A DNA stretch of 54,998 nucleotides, taken from contig CAZVMT010000001.1 of the NCBI GenBank assembly GCA_964628765.1, positions 1-54,998 on the forward strand. Reading direction: 5' to 3'. Under the pieces are notes generated by a model. The model did not search any database, had not been told where the DNA came from, and saw only the letters and a program-made list of their open reading frames with translations. Source of the DNA: an uncultured Candidatus Bathyarchaeia archaeon. Lineage in GTDB: Archaea > Thermoproteota > Bathyarchaeia > TCS64. Both the position numbers and the translations under genes were made by a program. How positions within the stretch are numbered: the first letter of the stretch is position 1; each line of letters begins with the position of its first letter. This document shows positions 51,479-54,998 of the stretch, piece by piece.

Positions 51479-51987
51479 TAGCTTCCTCCCTGCTCTGACA
51501 GGTCAAGATTTTTATTATGCAGCACAACCGACCACACCGCGCCGCCGATTGTCTTGGCAGCAAACTGCCCGACCATGATCGGTACCAACAATGGCAACCC
51601 AAACGCCAGCGCCGGAAACACGACGCTGTCTACTGCTGCGCTGGCGATGTTCGATCCGTTGATCTTCACTAATCGCGCACGGCTGCCCATCGCGGCGTAC
51701 ACAACAGTATCGACCACCCCCGCCGCCGCAAACGCTGCGAACGAAGCGACAGCAATCGACGCTGCATTCCAATTAAGCGCCGCCGACAGGATCGACCCGG
51801 CACCGATCAACAGCGCCATATTGCGCCACAGGTCTCGCCCGCTCCACTGCTCATGCAGTCGGTCACGGGCAGTCAGGTCGAGGCCGATGAACAGCAGCGC
51901 GTTGATCACGCTCATGCCCGGACCGAATGCAGCGGTGGTCAAATTCGCGGCAACGATGGCCGCCAGATACATCACAATCAAGTACAT
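51478..51987 (-). CDS. yhhQ: YhhQ/DUF165-family queuosine-precursor (preQ0/preQ1) transporter
   Basis: GGGAGGA RBS before ATG 51987. Six hydrophobic helices. Segments FIGLDLTARD, AGVVDTVVY and SAAVDSVVFPALAF are co-linear with E. coli YhhQ as I recall it. Confidence 0.65.
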   Translation of the reverse strand: MYLIVMYLAAIVAANLTTAAFGPGMSVINALLFIGLDLTARDRLHEQWSGRDLWRNMALLIGAGSILSAALNWNAASIAVASFAAFAAAGVVDTVVYAAMGSRARLVKINGSNIASAAVDSVVFPALAFGLPLLVPIMVGQFAAKTIGGAVWSVVLHNKNLDLSEQGGS

Positions 51988-52619
51988 AGGAATCCTCCCA
52001 TAGCGGGGTGAAATTGAGATAACCACCCCGTCCACGTGTGCACAACGCCAGGCTCATAAATTTCATTGGTACCATCGATGCTATCAGCGCCAATCAGGTG
52101 AAAATGGTTAGCCCGCTTTCGACTGTTGACGCGCCCGATGTGCACCCATTTCTCGCGCCGCTTAGCATCAACAATCAACCGGTCAGCGTCGGGTGACATT
52201 TTCCACTCGGTAGACCCGCCGATAAAAAGCGCTGCAATCTGCGGCCAGGGTACATCATCCGGTGTCATACCATCCTGAGCAGCCAATCCGACAGGGTACC
52301 CGTACCCGGTAATTGCCGGATACCAAAACGGGAATTCCGTCAACGTAGCTGCTGCATCGCCAACAACATCAGGCGCCAGGACAAACACGCACTTACTCCG
52401 CCAAGGCTGAAAATCACACAACATGCGAATGAAATCCGCGTCGCTGTAATGCGCATTAAAGCGATTGTTGTCGGCTGCCCACACATTGGTAATCTGCACA
52501 TCGCGCAATTGACCGGCCCGACTTTTTAATGACGGCGTAACTAATCGCCCCCAGACATCAGGTCTGTTTATTAGCGCGTCTGTAATGTGCTGATTAGCGA
52601 TGTTGGCAAGGCGAAACAT
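51978..52619 (-). CDS. dpdA: DpdA-like (TGT-superfamily) DNA transglycosylase (putative)
   Basis: Ordered motifs WAADNNRFN, LAPDVVGDAAATL, IGGSTEWK, HIGRVNS and GADSIDGT resemble the DSGAF/PDxxGD/GG/HxxG/DSxxW pattern of DpdA. The gene overlaps the transporter gene. Confidence 0.45.
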   Translation of the reverse strand: MFRLANIANQHITDALINRPDVWGRLVTPSLKSRAGQLRDVQITNVWAADNNRFNAHYSDADFIRMLCDFQPWRSKCVFVLAPDVVGDAAATLTEFPFWYPAITGYGYPVGLAAQDGMTPDDVPWPQIAALFIGGSTEWKMSPDADRLIVDAKRREKWVHIGRVNSRKRANHFHLIGADSIDGTNEIYEPGVVHTWTGWLSQFHPAMGGFLCT

Positions 52620-52831
52620 TACACTGTCCCTTTGTTGGACTCGTCCTCGACACCCGTGACGCGGATGTCGTCGGCAGCGGTGGAATACGGCCACCATGCC
52701 GCGATGTCGGCGCACACTACGGCGATAGCATCCTGCTCACTGGTAGCCCACACCCGCCATATGGTGCCCGGTGTCTGCGCGGCGGTGTCGAGGCCGTAAA
52801 ACTCGGTGACGGTGTAGAGCTTCTTAGTCAT
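52619..52831 (-). CDS. Hypothetical small protein
   Basis: TAATG coupling to the downstream gene. Confidence 0.55.
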   Translation of the reverse strand: MTKKLYTVTEFYGLDTAAQTPGTIWRVWATSEQDAIAVVCADIAAWWPYSTAADDIRVTGVEDESNKGTV

Positions 52832-53396
52832 TGGCGGCGTCCTGTTCTGGCTGCGCTTCGAGTGCAGTGCGAGCGGTTTTCAGTAGTACGAAAAAACTCC
52901 GCCCGGCATAAATAATTGCGTCATGGAGCCGTTGCGGTTCTGGGTAGTTCGCAATTTCTTCCAGCGCCGTCCGGTACCGTGCTGCCTCCGCCCGCAAATG
53001 CCCGATCTCGACATTCTGCACCTCATATGCGGTATTAAAGTCGGCGACTTGCTGGTTAAGTGCCGCTCGGTAGCGCCTGGCTTCCGTCTCGGCGCGTTCG
53101 GCGCGGGCATGCGCGGTGTTGCGCTCGGTAGTTACCAGTTTTGCCAATGACATCCAGTCATCAGCGACAGTGAACGCTTCCAGTGTCTCGGCGGACATAT
53201 CGTCACACGTCTCCTGTAGGCTTTCGGTCTGCGTGCGGTATTCCTGCCGCCATTCCTCAACTTCGGCCACCTGCCGGGTCAACTCTGCCACCTGCTCCGC
53301 CAGCGCGTCATACGCCGCCAGCAACTCTGTCGCCTCATGGCTGCGCAGCCCGGACGCGGCCCGCTGGTGTAACTGTTCGAGTCTAATGTCATTCAT
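52824..53396 (-). CDS. Coiled-coil protein
   Basis: AAGGAG RBS before ATG 53396. Heptad-rich, Ala/Glu/Arg-rich sequence. Confidence 0.6.
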   Translation of the reverse strand: MNDIRLEQLHQRAASGLRSHEATELLAAYDALAEQVAELTRQVAEVEEWRQEYRTQTESLQETCDDMSAETLEAFTVADDWMSLAKLVTTERNTAHARAERAETEARRYRAALNQQVADFNTAYEVQNVEIGHLRAEAARYRTALEEIANYPEPQRLHDAIIYAGRSFFVLLKTARTALEAQPEQDAAND

Positions 53397-53445
53397 CAGT
53401 CCCTCACTCCTTGTTAAGCAAAGCGCCCCGCTGGTGATTGTGTGA

Positions 53446-53512
53446 TGTCTAGGCACACGAGTCCGGCGGAGCGCTATGGTCACAATCATACCTCGTTTAT
53501 CGTGCCTAGACA
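53446..53512. promoter_or_regulatory. Operator-like nested inverted repeats in the divergent control region
   Basis: tgtctaggcac (53446-53456) pairs with gtgcctagaca (53502-53512). gattgtg (53436-53442) pairs with cacaatc (53481-53487). Confidence 0.6.
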
Positions 53513-53513
53513 A
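53485..53513 (-). promoter_or_regulatory. Minus-strand promoter (TTGTCT-17-TATGAT) for the leftward operon
   Basis: Read from the reverse complement. The -35 overlaps the right operator half-site. Confidence 0.5.
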
Positions 53514-53539
53514 TATCAATATACACCACATGGCGCATA

Positions 53540-53568
53540 TTGTCAAACAAGCCGTGATAGTGTACACT
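53540..53568 (+). promoter_or_regulatory. Plus-strand promoter (TTGTCA-17-TACACT)
   Basis: Hexamers and spacing read directly. Confidence 0.5.
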
Positions 53569-53600
53569 GGTTTCAATATAACACACTAGGAGAATTCGAC

Positions 53601-53876
53601 GTGACCGACATCACCCTACCCCGCACGGTACCAATCGATCCACAGGTGCCGCCTGAATTCCAGCAGCAATACATTACCGTCACTGTGGCAGCGAAGGCCG
53701 CCGGTGTGTACAGGTCAACAATCAAGCGCCACCTGGGCAACGGCACACTCAGAGGCAAGAAAATGGCGACTCATTTATGGTACGTGAGTCGCACCAGTAA
53801 TGAAGGCGAATCGCCGCCCGGCCTCGATTGGTGGACGCCAGGAACATCAGGCAATCCAAACTGGATCAAAGAATAG
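53601..53876 (+). CDS. Small HTH DNA-binding protein (Cro/excisionase-like)
   Basis: AGGAG RBS before GTG 53601. Contains ITVTVAAKAAGVYRSTIKRHLGNGTLRG. Confidence 0.6.
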   Translation: MTDITLPRTVPIDPQVPPEFQQQYITVTVAAKAAGVYRSTIKRHLGNGTLRGKKMATHLWYVSRTSNEGESPPGLDWWTPGTSGNPNWIKE

Positions 53877-53899
53877 TACCAAGGTACCACGCCGCTCTC

Positions 53900-53928
53900 T
53901 TGACATTGTGGGCTAAAAAGCCTATGAT
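53900..53928 (+). promoter_or_regulatory. Near-consensus sigma70 promoter (TTGACA-17-TATGAT)
   Basis: Hexamers and spacing read directly. Confidence 0.7.
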
Positions 53929-54263
53929 GTAAGTATGAAGTGAGCGGAGCAATAGGAACTCACGAGAACCTTAACAACTGCACACAAGCATCCGCCACCG
54001 CCACAAAAACGCGCACCCAGGCCGGGCTACCGGCAAACAACACAGCGCGAACGGCACCGGCGACAAATGCCAGCGCAGCACATAAAAGGCAAAGCAACCA
54101 TCCACCGTAGTGAGAGCAGGACGGGGGAAAGCTGATGAGTATCCCGGCGAGGGATTACATGGAGATGTACATACATCGGCAAGGGGCATCAGGGCTTCGG
54201 CGCTGATGTTCCCACTGTACCCCAAAACAGGCGACCGGTGGAGAGATGGGACAAGCCTACCAA

Positions 54264-54280
54264 TTCCGCAATATGCGGAA
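54264..54280. promoter_or_regulatory. 17-bp palindromic motif, site 4 (perfect: TTCCGCA-ATA-TGCGGAA)
   Basis: ttccgcaatatgcggaa inside the candidate ncRNA. Confidence 0.6.
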
Positions 54281-54549
54281 ACCTGATCGGGAGAACCGAG
54301 GCGCTGGAAACAGCGACCGGGACCGGCAGACAGTAACGAATATTACGGGGACCGCAGCGGGCGATTTTTCTTCGAGGACTTGTCGCGGGGGCGCAACTCC
54401 CCCACCCCGTACAAGGATAGGCACTAAATACATCTGGGCTTTTCGCTGAAGGCGATCCCCCACATGATAATTACTGCCTCTCCGTACATGCATCGGCGGG
54501 CGTTTACCTATCGATTGATACTCGTCCGGATTCCCCACCGATGCAGACT

Positions 54550-54586
54550 GGCACCGCGCTACCCTGACGCGGTGCCTTTTCATTTA
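54550..54586 (+). terminator. Intrinsic terminator ending the long noncoding unit
   Basis: GGCACCGCG-9 nt-CGCGGTGCC followed by TTTTCATTT. Confidence 0.8.
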
Positions 54587-54599
54587 TAGAGGAGGCGAA

Positions 54600-54824
54600 A
54601 TGACAACAATGGAATTTGCTATTATCCTGTTTGGTATCGGCGGCTTTTTGTTCACCACCGTCTACTCAAACCACAACGAGCGGCTGGCGCAGCAGTATAT
54701 AAGGGAGCACCGCACATACAAAGGCCGTCCGCTCGACAACGACCTGATCGACATGTTGTGCGCCCAGGACGACGCCGACCGCGCCGACCGCGCCGCAATT
54801 GCGGAAATTTACGGAGCGTGGTAA
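54600..54824 (+). CDS. Small membrane protein (1 TM)
   Basis: GAGGAGG RBS. TM segment FAIILFGIGGFLFTTVY. Confidence 0.65.
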   Translation: MTTMEFAIILFGIGGFLFTTVYSNHNERLAQQYIREHRTYKGRPLDNDLIDMLCAQDDADRADRAAIAEIYGAW

Positions 54825-54998
54825 TGTACCTGAAACAACGTGAGGATCAGCGGCTCACCGAAGGCGCGGCGCTCGATCTGCTGCGTACCGTGCGGCGCTA
54901 TTGTTGGCACGCCGACATTTATTTAGCGGAGCGCACCGACGGCAAGCCTGCCAGTGAGTGGAGATTTTACGTAGCGCACAACAGCGCGTCACCGAAGT
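54824..54998 (+). CDS. 5' part of the 94-aa hypothetical protein that continues at 56..165 after removal of the overlap
   Basis: TAATG coupling to the upstream ORF. The frame is open to the window end and matches the frame of 1..165. Confidence 0.6.
   Translation, partial: MYLKQREDQRLTEGAALDLLRTVRRYCWHADIYLAERTDGKPASEWRFYVAHNSASPK
54944..54998. repeat. Second copy of the terminal overlap (same as 1-55)
   Basis: Identical to bases 1-55. Confidence 0.97.

Larger units (their letters stand above)
53935..54586 (+). ncRNA. Candidate ~650-nt structured noncoding RNA or long leader
   Basis: Bounded by a strong promoter and an intrinsic terminator. No credible ORF. The 5' third is C/A-rich. The 3' part is rich in tetraloop hairpins and has a long-range helix, 54489-54496 paired with 54538-54545. 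Confidence 0.55.

Noticed and set aside
54132-54155. Hammerhead-like CUGAUGAG box followed by a 5-bp stem (AUCCC/GGGAU)
   Set aside because: The obligatory GAAA element after stem II is missing (UACAUGG is present instead), and no NUH cleavage-site pairing could be built. It is most likely a chance match.
54246-54449. 67-aa ORF inside the 650-nt noncoding unit, together with minus-strand ORFs 53971..54225 and 54257..54583
   Set aside because: The GGAG sits only 2 nt from the ATG. The product is a low-complexity Arg/Gly/Thr-rich sequence. The minus-strand ORFs lack an RBS and run against the promoter/terminator polarity.

Overview
The window is a complete tailed dsDNA phage genome. Bases 1-55 are identical to 54944-54998, so the contig closes on itself with a unit length of 54,943 bp. 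The long tape-measure gene, the G/T frameshift chaperone and the absence of a sheath gene indicate a siphovirus-like phage. I found no integrase, DNA polymerase or CRISPR array.

Plus-strand layout:
- An RNA island spans the artificial junction. It contains a roughly 650-nt promoter-to-terminator noncoding transcript, two small ORFs, a tmRNA-like tRNA-like domain, a 149-nt tRNA-like RNA, repeated hairpin modules and tRNA-Thr(UGU).
- Early and replication genes follow: an SSB-like protein, an initiator with internal iterons, a Toprim/DnaB primase-helicase, a VRR-NUC nuclease and many small zinc-finger proteins.
- A late-gene boundary carries tandem promoter, leader and terminator cassettes.
- The packaging and head module encodes TerS, TerL, a portal-MuF fusion, an S78 protease-scaffold and the major capsid protein.
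- An 8-kb glycosyltransferase/methyltransferase cassette sits between the capsid and head-tail genes.
- The tail module includes a polytopic membrane protein and a BNR-repeat tail protein, followed by holin-like genes.

A minus-strand block (44.3-53.4 kb) encodes a DpdA-like, YhhQ-like and ASCH cluster, two HNH endonucleases and many small proteins. It is driven from a divergent switch region.

The most interesting candidates are the large ncRNA with the tmRNA-like and tRNA-like RNAs, the virion-module glycosylation cassette, the salvage-type 7-deazaguanine module, and a regulatory logic that appears to rest on antitermination.

All functional calls rest on motifs read by eye and on gene order. 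No database search was run.
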